Assembly (NCBI GenBank): GCA_965603505.1
Contig: CBFDDG010000001.1
Span: forward strand, 1-39,819
From: an uncultured Phycisphaerae bacterium
GTDB lineage: Bacteria; Planctomycetota; Phycisphaerae; Sedimentisphaerales; Anaerobacaceae
Reading direction: 5' to 3'
DNA length: 39,819 nucleotides
The first letter of the stretch is position 1; each line of letters opens with the position of its first letter. The translations under genes and the position numbers were made by a program. This document shows, piece by piece, positions 1-8,804 of this stretch. The notes under the pieces are model-generated. The model saw only the letters and a list, made by a program, of their open reading frames with translations, had not been told where the DNA came from and made no database searches.

Positions 1-1196
1 AGCGGCTCTCTGCCCTGGAGCTTCCTCGCGGCGTTGATCCCGGCGAGGATGCCCTGCCCGGCTGCTTCCTCATAGCCGCTGGTACCGTTGATCTGCCCCG
101 CTAAGAACAGGCCGCTCACTCTCCTGGTCTCCAGGCTCGGCTGCAGTTGCACCGGAGGGCAATAGTCATATTCGATCGCGTACGCATAGTGAACGACACG
201 AGCGTTCTCCGTGCCCGGCATGAGCCGAAGCATCTGTTCCTGCACGTCGCGCGGCAGCGACGTGCTGATCCCATTGCAGTAGATCGTCGTCCGGGCCTCG
301 TCCTCAGGCTCCAGGAAGACCTGGTGCCGGTCCTTGTCCGCGAATCGAACGATCTTTGTCTCAATGCTCGGACAATACCGCGGCCCGACGGACTGGATCT
401 GTCCGGTGTACAGCGGCGCCCGGTCCAGGTTCTCACGAATGAGCTGATGAATCGACTCGTTCGTGTAGGTGATCCAGCACGGAGTCTGTGGGCGGTCGAT
501 GCGATCGGTCAGGAAAGAGAATGGATACGGCTCGGGATCGCCATGCTGGATCTCCAGCTTGTCCAGATGGACGGTAGCAGCGTCGAGGCGGACCGGTGTG
601 CCCGTCTTCAGTCGCTGCAGTTCCAGGCTGATCCGCATCAGGCTTTCCGACAGCTCGTTTGCCGCCGGCTCACCCAGTCGCCCGCCGGGAAACTGCTCGG
701 TGCCAATGTGCATCAGGCCGCGAAGAAAAGTCCCTGTCGTCAGGATGACCGCCGGCGCCGAAAAGACCGTGCCATCGCCGCATCGCACGCCGCAGACCCG
801 TTGGCCTTCCGTCAAGATCTCCGAAACCATCGCTTCAACAACAGTCAGATTCGGCGTCCCCGCCAGGCGGGCCCGCATGAAGTCCTGATACTTGTACTTG
901 TCCGCCTGGGCGCGCGGCGATTGCACGGCGGGCCCCTTCGAACGATTGAGCAGGCGAAATTGAATCCCGGTGGCGTCGATGGCCTGACCCATCAACCCGC
1001 CGAGGGCATCGACTTCGCGGGCCATCTGTCCCTTCCCCAGCCCCCCAATAGCCGGATTGCAGCTCATCTTCGCCATCGTGGCTTGGCTGAGCGTGATCAG
1101 GCAGGTTCGAGCGCCGATCCGGGCTGCGGCGTGAGCGGCCTCAATCCCCGCGTGCCCCGCCCCGATGACGATGCAGTCAAAGTCGTTTGTCTTCAT
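1..1196 (-). CDS. mnmG: tRNA uridine 5-carboxymethylaminomethyl modification enzyme MnmG/GidA (partial; C-terminus beyond left window edge)
   Basis: This minus-strand reading frame is open from the ATG at 1196-1194 to the window edge and is absent from the ORF track because it has no stop in the window. My translation starts [52 protein letters not shown]. That is the FAD-binding GxGxxG fold followed by the conserved CNPAIGG motif of MnmG. Confidence 0.93.
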   Translation of the reverse strand, partial: MKTNDFDCIVIGAGHAGIEAAHAAARIGARTCLITLSQATMAKMSCNPAIGGLGKGQMAREVDALGGLMGQAIDATGIQFRLLNRSKGPAVQSPRAQADKYKYQDFMRARLAGTPNLTVVEAMVSEILTEGQRVCGVRCGDGTVFSAPAVILTTGTFLRGLMHIGTEQFPGGRLGEPAANELSESLMRISLELQRLKTGTPVRLDAATVHLDKLEIQHGDPEPYPFSFLTDRIDRPQTPCWITYTNESIHQLIRENLDRAPLYTGQIQSVGPRYCPSIETKIVRFADKDRHQVFLEPEDEARTTIYCNGISTSLPRDVQEQMLRLMPGTENARVVHYAYAIEYDYCPPVQLQPSLETRRVSGLFLAGQINGTSGYEEAAGQGILAGINAARKLQGREP

Positions 1197-1581
1197 CCGA
1201 GTAAGCCAAGGCGACGGCCGACGCAATCGCGAAACTGGCGGTGTGGGTAATGCTGATGCTTACGTGTTTGATCTTCATTCGTTCGGCAATCTCTTTCACG
1301 TCGCCCGACAGGGTGACTTCGGGCTGACCGGCGGGATTGTTCGTCACCTCAATATCCGTCCACGCGATTTTGCCCCGCCAGCCGGTGCCGACGAGCTTGA
1401 GGATCGCCTCCTTTGCGGCGAACCGACCGGCGTACGTCTCGGCCGAATTCTTGTGGGCCCGGGCATAAGCCTGCTCGGCGGGCGTGAAGACGCGATCGAC
1501 GAACCGCTCCCCGTGCCGCTCGATCATCTTCTCGATGCGAGGGAAGTCCACCAGGTCTATGCCGTGCGCAATGATCTCCAT
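1177..1581 (-). CDS. acpS: holo-[acyl-carrier-protein] synthase (4'-phosphopantetheinyl transferase AcpS)
   Basis: The track ORF is 1177..1614. From the ATG at 1581 the product reads [19 protein letters not shown]...FTPAEQAY...[14 protein letters not shown]...ISITHT, which matches the AcpS family pattern. The 1614 start is a GTG that overlaps the upstream stop, so the ATG at 1581 gives the canonical N-terminus. The 3' end overlaps the mnmG start by 20 nt. Confidence 0.85.
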   Translation of the reverse strand: MEIIAHGIDLVDFPRIEKMIERHGERFVDRVFTPAEQAYARAHKNSAETYAGRFAAKEAILKLVGTGWRGKIAWTDIEVTNNPAGQPEVTLSGDVKEIAERMKIKHVSISITHTASFAIASAVALAYSDEDKRL

Positions 1582-1613
1582 CGCCTCATCCTGCAATAAG
1601 ATATCCCGGACCA

Positions 1614-2801
1614 CTATGGAGCGGGCGCCGGCTCATTCGCCAGGCGGTAGAGCCTTTCCAGGCAATAGTCCACGAATCCACTCGTATCCACCAGAGCCAC
1701 CTGCCGCGCGATCTCGGCCTCAAGCTCCCCGCGAGCCTCCTGCCAGCGCCTCTCCTGAATCGCCTTCCTGACCTCGCCCTGCACGTCGCTCAACGGCTGA
1801 TATCCGGCTTCCTGCTTCTCCTCCAGCTTCACGATGAAGAAGTGCCCGGGCGCCTCGATGGGACCGGCAATCTGGCCCGGCTCCATCTCCTGCGCCTTTT
1901 TGGCGAGTTCGTCGTACGGGCCAGCCAGAGCCTCCGGATCTCTCGGCCTCCATAGGCCGCCCATCTCGCGCCGGTGACCGTGTGAATACTGCTGCGCCAA
2001 CTCGCCGAAATCCTCGCCGGCCTCGATTCTTCGGCGCAGTTCTTCGGCCCGATCCCGCGCCTTGCGAACCGGGTCTTCGTTCGGATCGTCCAGCTCGATC
2101 TTGTCAGCCTGAAAATCGATGAGACGGAACTGCAGAACGCCTTCCTGTGCAAAACGCGCATCCTTGATCCGATCGTACTCCGCCAGCAGCTCGCGACGCG
2201 TGATCGGTTGGTCCGGCACGTAGCTCGATGAGACGACATACTGGATGAGCGCCTGTTTTTTCACCCATTCCTCATACGCGGCTCGGTTCATTCCCATCTT
2301 CTGAAGGGCCTCATCGGCCTGGGCCTCATTGCCCCCGTGGCGTTCGAGAACGAACCTGCGCCATTGCTGCTTGGCCACACTGTCCAGGCTCTCATCGCTT
2401 ACCTTGTCCCCGAGCTCTCGTCGGGCCTGCTTGTAGAGCACAACGCCTGCGATGCTGCCGTTGAGTCCCTGGAGCCTCTGCTGCACCTGCGGCCGGGCCA
2501 GTTCCATGAACTGCTCCTGCGTGGTCTGCTTGGCAAGCTCCATGAATTTCTCCCGCGCAAGCGGAGCAGCCATACTTTCCTCAGGCGTGGAGGCCATGAT
2601 ATCATCACACGTAATCGACTCCCCACTGACGGTCAACTGGTCCGGTCGGCTCGGTTTCGGTGCATACGTCAAACGTGCGATCTCCTCTTCCGTCAAAGTC
2701 GATTTCTTGTTCCCCTCACAGCCCACGCAGAGGACTACAAGAATCAGATGGCAGACCAGCAAACGGTTGACGCCCCACCCGGTGACGATTCGCCTTGCCA
2801 T
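1614..2801 (-). CDS. secreted/lipoprotein-like PpiC (parvulin)-type peptidyl-prolyl isomerase, SurA/PpiD-like chaperone
   Basis: The track ORF is 1614..2921. The C-terminal region DFGELAQQYSHGHRREMGGLWRPRDP...GPIEAPGHFFIVKLEE resembles a parvulin domain, preceded by a SurA-like helical region. The ATG at 2801 gives the signal-like N-terminus MARRIVTGWGVNRLLVCHLILVVLCVGC. The longer 2921 start would overlap the HD gene by 71 nt. Confidence 0.8.
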   Translation of the reverse strand: MARRIVTGWGVNRLLVCHLILVVLCVGCEGNKKSTLTEEEIARLTYAPKPSRPDQLTVSGESITCDDIMASTPEESMAAPLAREKFMELAKQTTQEQFMELARPQVQQRLQGLNGSIAGVVLYKQARRELGDKVSDESLDSVAKQQWRRFVLERHGGNEAQADEALQKMGMNRAAYEEWVKKQALIQYVVSSSYVPDQPITRRELLAEYDRIKDARFAQEGVLQFRLIDFQADKIELDDPNEDPVRKARDRAEELRRRIEAGEDFGELAQQYSHGHRREMGGLWRPRDPEALAGPYDELAKKAQEMEPGQIAGPIEAPGHFFIVKLEEKQEAGYQPLSDVQGEVRKAIQERRWQEARGELEAEIARQVALVDTSGFVDYCLERLYRLANEPAPAP

Positions 2802-2850
2802 GGCCTTCGTATGCTTCACGCGCACTCCTTTACACTTCTGAGAACCGACT

Positions 2851-3441
2851 TCACGCCTCACGCGCCGCTTCGCCTTTGAGCCCAATCTCTTCAGCCACTT
2901 CACGCATGCCCATGATGGCATCCTCGATCAGTTGGCCGAGCTCGGCCCCGAGCATCGCGGCCCCCTTTTGGATAACCTCGCGATTGACCCCCGCCGCAAA
3001 CGACTTCTCCTTCCATTTCTTCTTCACAGATTTGGGCCTCATATCGAGGACGCTCTTGCTGGGTCGAACCAGGGCTGTGGCGGCAATCAATCCCGTCAGC
3101 TCATCCATCGCATAGAGGGTCTTCTCCAGATCCGTCTGCGGCTCCACGTCGGTACAGATCCCCCAGCCGTGGGATAGCGCAGCGCGGATATACTCCGGCG
3201 GCCAATTCTGTGCCTGGAGAATCTGTTCGGTCTTATGGCAGTGCTCGTCCGGGAACTGCTCGTAGTCGAGGTCGTGGATCAGCCCGACAACGCCCCACTT
3301 GTCCTCATCCTCGCCCCGCTTGCGGGCGCAATACCGCATCACCCCCTCGACAGCCAGACCGTGCCTGATCAGGGCCTCATTGGCGTTGTACTGCTTCAGC
3401 AGCGCCAAGGCCTCTTCCCGCGTCGGTTTGTCTTGCGTCAT
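2851..3441 (-). CDS. HD-domain (HDIG-type) metal-dependent phosphohydrolase
   Basis: 196-aa ORF with the HD-superfamily signature H...HD...D: ...ALIRHGLAVEGVMRY...VVGLIHDLDYEQFPDEH... The start is an ATG at 3441. Confidence 0.8.
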   Translation of the reverse strand: MTQDKPTREEALALLKQYNANEALIRHGLAVEGVMRYCARKRGEDEDKWGVVGLIHDLDYEQFPDEHCHKTEQILQAQNWPPEYIRAALSHGWGICTDVEPQTDLEKTLYAMDELTGLIAATALVRPSKSVLDMRPKSVKKKWKEKSFAAGVNREVIQKGAAMLGAELGQLIEDAIMGMREVAEEIGLKGEAAREA

Positions 3442-3461
3442 CTCTCAAACCCTGCCCATTT

Positions 3462-3487
3462 GTAGGATGGGCGTCTGAGCCGCCCAT
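3462..3487 (+). repeat. REP-like element: GTAGG followed by a 7-bp stem hairpin (ATGGGCG-TCTGAGC-CGCCCAT)
   Basis: The sequence is gtaggatgggcgtctgagccgcccat, with stem 3467-3473 pairing with 3481-3487. An upstream GCCCAT (3454-3459) can pair with the same ATGGGC instead. The element lies 21 nt upstream of the HD gene start, on the other strand. Confidence 0.55.
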
Positions 3488-3618
3488 GCGGACACCATCG
3501 ATCTCGACTATAACAGCGCAGGTACTCTAACGACAAGACCGGCAGATTGCAATCGTGATTTGCCTGTGACCCCCTGAAGAGGCGCGGTCGGCATTCGGTG
3601 GCGGATTCGGGCCGCAGA

Positions 3619-3720
3619 GTAGGACGAGCGTCCCCGCTCGCCACTTTGTCGTGCGTCTTCGCACGACATTTCCGGCAATCCTGAGTCCTCAAGATAGACG
3701 AGCGGGGACGCTCGCCCTAC
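3619..3720. repeat. REPIN-like doublet: two inverted 24-nt GTAGG-hairpin units flanking an independent 8-bp hairpin
   Basis: Position 3619-3642 reads GTAGGACGAGCGTCCCCGCTCGCC. The reverse complement of 3697-3720 reads GTAGGGCGAGCGTCCCCGCTCGTC, matching at 22 of 24 positions. Each unit has an internal CGAGCG/CGCTCG stem. The spacer holds a perfect hairpin, GTCGTGCG-tctt-CGCACGAC (3648-3667). Confidence 0.6.
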
Positions 3721-3767
3721 AGAAGCCTCATGGATCAGTACCGTATTCGGACCACACGCCCTGAACG

Positions 3768-5030
3768 CTACGGCGATTTGAATGAAACCGATTTCGTTTG
3801 TTCGGACCGTTTCAGACTGACCACCGCTTCCTCGTCGCCGGCGATAACGCGGTGTTTGCCGTAGAATGCGCGGATCTCGCACCTGCCCCGGGCATCGGTT
3901 CGCCCGCGCCACGTCGTCCACCACTGCTTGAACACCAGGTCGCGGTAGGCCTCGGCGGCCGGTGTGGGCGTCCAGTCCCGGCGGTACAGGGCCGACACGG
4001 GAATCCAGTTCGCCCTCTCCCAGAATCCCCACATCAGGATGCCACGCACCGCCGGCTGCGAGAAGCAGATGCGATAGTAATCCACGAGGGCCCTGGCCTT
4101 GGCTCGTTCCTCCTCATCGGAAAGGCGCAGGCCGCGTTGGCTGCGGTACTTGGATCGCTGGCCGGGGAAGTTGAACTCGGTGATGCAGATGGGCAGATTG
4201 AATTCGGCAAGCCGGGCCAGCGCGTTCTGTAGGGCGACGGGGTCGAACGAATCCGCGTGCAGATGCCCCTGCACTCCGATGCCGCCGATAGGCACGCCCT
4301 GATCCAGGAACCGCCGGATATGGGCAACGTAGTCGTCCAGGCGCTTGCCGGTCAGAATGTCGTAATCATTCAGAAAGAGCACGGCGTTGGGATCTTCCTG
4401 CCGCACCCAGTTCGCCATGTCCCGCGTGATTTGGGGGCCCAGCCGCTCCTCGTAGTAGTTCGCGTGGAGCATCTCGTTGTTCAGATCGTATTCGGCGAAC
4501 CGGCCCCGGTAGCGGCGCCCCACGTCCAGTGCGCGGGCCCTGAGCGTCTCGCGCAGCGTGGCATCGTCCATGGCCTTCAGCCAGGGCTGAACGCGATTGG
4601 GAATCCCCCAGAATATGTTGTGCCCGCGGAGGGGAATGTCGTGCTCCTCGGTCCATTGGAGAATCGCATCGACGATAGAGTAGTCCACCTGCCCCTGACG
4701 CCGCTCCATGGAATGCCATTTGAGGGCATTCTCCGTCACGGCGGCATTGAAGTTCTCCAGGAAGACCTTCTTATACTGGGCCGCATCCTCGGCGTTCACC
4801 CGCCCGCCGAACATCTGGCTGGCGAGGGCGGCTCCAAACCAGAACTCGTGGCGCAGTTGCTCCACGCGAACCTCAACACCCGGCGCCGCCTCAACCACCA
4901 GCGTGCCCATGCGGACTCTGCGAATTGCCTCGTCCAAATCGGAGCCCTCCGCGCGTGACAAGCCAGGGTAACAGAAGCATACAATCACGACGAGAACGAC
5001 GCATCGGAAAATCCTGGCACTGGAATTCAT
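3768..5030 (-). CDS. secreted glycoside hydrolase family 10 (endo-1,4-beta-xylanase-like)
   Basis: 420-aa ORF with an N-terminal signal peptide (VVLVVIVCFCYPGLSRAEG). GH10 motifs are present: ENALKW, GHNIFWG, YDLNNEM (acid/base Glu) and ICITEFN (nucleophile Glu). Confidence 0.85.
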   Translation of the reverse strand: MNSSARIFRCVVLVVIVCFCYPGLSRAEGSDLDEAIRRVRMGTLVVEAAPGVEVRVEQLRHEFWFGAALASQMFGGRVNAEDAAQYKKVFLENFNAAVTENALKWHSMERRQGQVDYSIVDAILQWTEEHDIPLRGHNIFWGIPNRVQPWLKAMDDATLRETLRARALDVGRRYRGRFAEYDLNNEMLHANYYEERLGPQITRDMANWVRQEDPNAVLFLNDYDILTGKRLDDYVAHIRRFLDQGVPIGGIGVQGHLHADSFDPVALQNALARLAEFNLPICITEFNFPGQRSKYRSQRGLRLSDEEERAKARALVDYYRICFSQPAVRGILMWGFWERANWIPVSALYRRDWTPTPAAEAYRDLVFKQWWTTWRGRTDARGRCEIRAFYGKHRVIAGDEEAVVSLKRSEQTKSVSFKSP

Positions 5031-5044
5031 GGGGATTTGTCCTC

Positions 5045-6079
5045 CTAAGGTGTGGTGGATGCTTTCGCCTGTTCGTCGGCGACAAGGTCCAGGACGAGCA
5101 GGCCGCGGCCGACGCCGGCGGGGTCGCCGATGCGGGCGAATTGGAAAGCGATGAACTTGCCGTCATCGCTGACCACGGGGTTCGAGGCCTTGTAGCCGGG
5201 ATAATCGTTGAAATGCGTGAGACGCTCGGTGCCCCCAGAACCATCCAGAGCCAGCTTGTAGATGTCGTCGTACTGGCTGCCCTTGCGATTGTGCTTGTCG
5301 CACTCGACCAGCGTGTGCTTGCCGTCGGGGAAGATGCCTTCCGGCTCGTCATACTGGCCTGGTGCGTTGGAGCAGTTGGTGATCTTGCCCGTCTCAAGGT
5401 GCAGCCCCATGACCTCCGTGCCCTGATAGCGGTAGGCGCTGAAGATCAGCTCGTCTTCCTCGGGCGGCCGGAAGTTCTGCGTCTCCAGGCCGCAATCGAA
5501 GGGCAGGTCCTTCTGATCGAGGATCTTCTTCCTGCCTGTCAGCTTGGGCACGCCGGCCTCATCGACAATATCCGCCATGTAGAAGGCCCCGCCCTGTGTC
5601 CAGGCGATGTGCATATTCCGGCGAGAAACGGCCGGGCCCTCGGAGCACTTCTCGCCTAACGGCACGGGTGGGCCGGAGAGGTCCTTCTTGAGCACCCAGA
5701 GCTCGGCCTTCTTCTCGCTGCGGCTCGGCCACGGATCGTTCGCATCGAACGTCCGCGAGCCCGACAGCAGGATGTCCCCATTGCTCAGGTACAGTGCCCG
5801 AGTGTAACCCTCATGAAAGTATCGATGCGTCATCGGTCGGATGATCCCGGTCGCCAGCTCGACCTCGTACACGTCGCCGAACGTCTTTTCGATGAAGAGC
5901 AGGCGCTTGCCGTCGTGCGACCAGTCCGCCCGCTGCCCGAAGTGCGTCACCCGTCGGATATACGGCGGCAATTCGTCCAGCGGCGACTTGCCCTGCTCCG
6001 CCTGCGCGACGACCATACTCGCGCCGAGAACAAACAACGCCATCAACGCGGTCCTACGGCTTGCGAGTCCCGTGTGCAC
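5045..6079 (-). CDS. secreted TolB/PD40-like beta-propeller domain protein
   Basis: 344-aa ORF with a signal peptide (ALMALFVLGASMVVAQA). Repeated short strand motifs (WSHDGKRLLF, SNGDILLS, FPDGKHTLV, VSDDGKFIAF) are typical of PD40/WD40-like propeller blades. Its stop lies 14 nt upstream of the GH10 start. Confidence 0.55.
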   Translation of the reverse strand: MHTGLASRRTALMALFVLGASMVVAQAEQGKSPLDELPPYIRRVTHFGQRADWSHDGKRLLFIEKTFGDVYEVELATGIIRPMTHRYFHEGYTRALYLSNGDILLSGSRTFDANDPWPSRSEKKAELWVLKKDLSGPPVPLGEKCSEGPAVSRRNMHIAWTQGGAFYMADIVDEAGVPKLTGRKKILDQKDLPFDCGLETQNFRPPEEDELIFSAYRYQGTEVMGLHLETGKITNCSNAPGQYDEPEGIFPDGKHTLVECDKHNRKGSQYDDIYKLALDGSGGTERLTHFNDYPGYKASNPVVSDDGKFIAFQFARIGDPAGVGRGLLVLDLVADEQAKASTTP

Positions 6080-6127
6080 GACAACTCCCCTTTATGATGG
6101 GACCATAGCCAATCGCCGGCAACGAAC

Positions 6128-7258
6128 CTACTTATAGGTTCGCCCGAGGTAGTCGACAATGGCTCTCTTCACTTCCAGCGAATCGATCGCGCCGAGGTGG
6201 CGGTAGAGGATCTCGCCGCCCGGCTTGACCAACAGTGTGTACGGAATGGGCCCGGGCCATTTCGGGTCCACCGCCTCGATGAAAGCATAAACGTCCTGTC
6301 CGTCGTAGACGTAGTTGGTGAACGACGCCTGGTTCTTCGCCAGGAACGATTGCACCTGAGCGCGTGCCCCCGGTCCCTGGACGTTGACGCCGACCATCTC
6401 AAATTCGCGGCCGCGATACATGCGGTTGATCTCGACGAGTTCCGGGAACTCGGCCACGCACGGGCCGCAGTATGTGGCCCAAATGTTGATCAGGCGCAGC
6501 TTGTTCGAGTCGTTCTTGACCAGTTTCCGGGCGTCCTCGATGTTGAGCGTATGCAGCGTGATGGGCTCCTTGGCCCACTTCTCGAAAGCCTGCTTGACCG
6601 AGCCTCGCTTGTCGGACCATTTGATAGAGCAGCCAACGGTCTTGGTCTTCTCGACAGGCACCGCCTTACCGGCCAGCAGCGCCTCGATCGCGTTGCGGGT
6701 GTCGCGCGATTTGACCTGCTGCGGATCGCGCTCGTTGTCATCGATGCGGCCGACGTAGCGGAGCTTGCGCTCGGCGTCAAAGATGAACACGTGCGGCGTG
6801 GACATGGGGCCGTACGCCTTGGAGACCGCCTGCTTGTTGCCATCGTAGAGATACGGGAAAGTGAAGCCCTTGTCCCTGGCCCGGAGTTTCATGTCGCGGA
6901 ACGAGTCGCTCACGTCGGTGTACCCCAACTCATCGAGCCGGACCGCCTTTGGATCGTTCGGCGAGATCGCCAGCAGGACCACGCCCCGGTCCTTGAAGTC
7001 GACCGCCAGCTTCTGCATCCGCTCCTCGTAGGCCTGGGCCGTCGGGCAGTGGTTGCAGGTGAAGATGATGGCGAGCACCTTGGCCCTTCGATAATCGGCA
7101 AGGCGGTGCATCCTGCCGTCCACGCCCGGAAGGGCAAAATCCGGGGCCCTCGCCCCAATCTCCAGCGTCTTGATTTCCGTCGGCGCCGCAGTGGCGGCGA
7201 CCGCAAGAAACAAACCAGCAGCAACCACGATGACGGCTTTCAGGATCGATCTGTGCAT
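6128..7258 (-). CDS. secreted tandem thioredoxin-fold (TlpA/AhpC-TSA/redoxin-like) thiol-disulfide oxidoreductase
   Basis: 376-aa ORF with a signal peptide. There are two redoxin-like halves, the first with FTCNHCPTAQ (C-N-H-C) and the second with WATYCGPCVAEFPEL (C-G-P-C). Confidence 0.8.
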   Translation of the reverse strand: MHRSILKAVIVVAAGLFLAVAATAAPTEIKTLEIGARAPDFALPGVDGRMHRLADYRRAKVLAIIFTCNHCPTAQAYEERMQKLAVDFKDRGVVLLAISPNDPKAVRLDELGYTDVSDSFRDMKLRARDKGFTFPYLYDGNKQAVSKAYGPMSTPHVFIFDAERKLRYVGRIDDNERDPQQVKSRDTRNAIEALLAGKAVPVEKTKTVGCSIKWSDKRGSVKQAFEKWAKEPITLHTLNIEDARKLVKNDSNKLRLINIWATYCGPCVAEFPELVEINRMYRGREFEMVGVNVQGPGARAQVQSFLAKNQASFTNYVYDGQDVYAFIEAVDPKWPGPIPYTLLVKPGGEILYRHLGAIDSLEVKRAIVDYLGRTYK

Positions 7259-7334
7259 CCGTATTCTCCTACCAATCGAGTGACGTTACGTGTCCTCACT
7301 ATACGTCCCCACGGAGCAACAGTTTACGCGTTTT

Positions 7335-8804
7335 TCAGTCTTCCCGCCAGCCCGTGGCCTCAATCCGCCGGAATTCCGCCTGAACGTCGTCCCCCTCGTA
7401 GAACGACAGCCAGCCGCGGAGGCGAGCCTTCTGCCCCGGATCAAGGTCCGGGAACTTCGGGTCCGAGTGGAAGCAGGGGCAATCCGGGTTCGCCCAGGGA
7501 CGGTGGCAGCTTTCCCAGGCCGTGATGATCCAGCGTTTGCCATCCTCGGAGCGGCACGCGACGTAGGGATGGGTCAGCACCTTATTGTCATTCGTCAGGG
7601 CCGCAAACCCCTTTGCCATCTTGGGCATTACGCAAATCTGGACCCGCAGGTCCGAGAGCTTCTCGTTCGTTCCGTTGTGAAGCCACATCTCCATGTGTAC
7701 CGCCTCGCGATCCGCCACGGCCTTTGCACCGAACGCAATCCCGTTGGGCAAGGTCCGCTCGATGTCGAGGCTCCCATCCGGCCGGCGATTCCATTCGAAC
7801 TTGGGCAGGTCGATCCCCTGCTTCGTCCAGATCGCGTCGATGTGCGTATGCGCCAGGTACGTCAGCCCGAGATTCGACCAGATCGCCTCCGGCACATCGA
7901 CCACGACGTAGCTGTTCGGGTCCCACGGCGTGAACACGCTGAACTTCGTCTCCCGCTGCGGATCGATCGCCCCCTCCAAAAATCCAATCCGAGGATGCCG
8001 CCCACCCGGATACGGCAGAACCAGCAACGGCGCATTCGCCTCTCGTGGCGGCCGGCCGGCGCGATCGACGGCGCAGAGCCATCGGGCGTGGAGGACCGCC
8101 GAAGGCTTTAGCCCAGTGGCTGCCTGGACCTCGGCTTTGCTGAACTGGTGGTGCCAGATCATGTTCCGCAACCAGTACTCCATCTCTTCCGTCGTTTGTA
8201 TGCGCCGCGAGTCCGACGCAGGTGGCACCGCCAATTCAGTACCATCGAAGAACTGGCCTTGCCACCGCAATCTCTCGGTTTCCCCACGCCTCACGAACAG
8301 GGTCGTGCCGTCGACACGAAACACAGTGCAACGGCCATCCTCAAGGCGGCCTGTTGTAAGCGCTTCCGGCCCGCCGGATCCATTCCAACCGGCATCGCTC
8401 TCAAAAAGCAGCACAACATCTGGGGCACTCCACCGATCCGCAAGAGGATTCATCGCATAGCCCCATTCGTCCTTGTCCACCTTAGGGCAGTGAAAGGACT
8501 GCCTGAACTTCCCTGCACGCTTTCCGGTTCTCCTGGAATACTGATCGGCAAGTAAATCGCACCATTTGTCCGCCGGCGCAAACTCACCGTGTTCTCCGCC
8601 GTAGGTGAGCAGTTCGAGTCCAACTTGCTTGAGATTCGCCATGCACCCCACCCTTCCTTGACGAGGCCTCGGAGGAGGCGGACACATTGGGCGAAGGAGC
8701 ACAAGGAGGACCACTATCAACGCGAGGGCTGATGCCACGATGATTGTGGCGCTGGAAGATGACTGGTTGGCAGACGGCGTGTTTCGGTTGGATTCCTGGC
8801 TCAT
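7335..8804 (-). CDS. membrane-anchored DUF1559-like (pseudopilin-type, H-X9-DG-like) domain fused to a ~300-aa C-terminal domain of unknown function
   Basis: 489-aa ORF with a hydrophobic anchor (ATIIVASALALIVVLLVLL) followed by GCMANLKQVGLELLTYGG..FAP, the DUF1559 hallmark. YAMNP...PDVVLLFESDAGWNGSGGPE...CTVFRVDGTTLFVRR is homologous to the C-terminus of the 12337..13305 product. Its ATG (8804-8802) overlaps the mfd TGA (8803-8801) as ATGA. Confidence 0.65.
   Translation of the reverse strand: MSQESNRNTPSANQSSSSATIIVASALALIVVLLVLLRPMCPPPPRPRQGRVGCMANLKQVGLELLTYGGEHGEFAPADKWCDLLADQYSRRTGKRAGKFRQSFHCPKVDKDEWGYAMNPLADRWSAPDVVLLFESDAGWNGSGGPEALTTGRLEDGRCTVFRVDGTTLFVRRGETERLRWQGQFFDGTELAVPPASDSRRIQTTEEMEYWLRNMIWHHQFSKAEVQAATGLKPSAVLHARWLCAVDRAGRPPREANAPLLVLPYPGGRHPRIGFLEGAIDPQRETKFSVFTPWDPNSYVVVDVPEAIWSNLGLTYLAHTHIDAIWTKQGIDLPKFEWNRRPDGSLDIERTLPNGIAFGAKAVADREAVHMEMWLHNGTNEKLSDLRVQICVMPKMAKGFAALTNDNKVLTHPYVACRSEDGKRWIITAWESCHRPWANPDCPCFHSDPKFPDLDPGQKARLRGWLSFYEGDDVQAEFRRIEATGWRED

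Noticed and set aside
147-1250. 367-aa plus-strand ORF at the left edge, plus nested ORFs 116..436 and 469..888.
   Set aside because: They lie antisense to or nested within the mnmG frame, which has clear FAD-binding and CNPAIGG motifs. The products are Arg-rich and low-complexity.
3508-4032. 174-aa minus-strand ORF spanning the HD-GH10 intergenic region.
   Set aside because: It runs straight through the REP/REPIN hairpins and overlaps the 3' end of the GH10 gene in another frame. Its composition is Arg/Gly/Pro-rich, so it is most likely a translation of repeat DNA.
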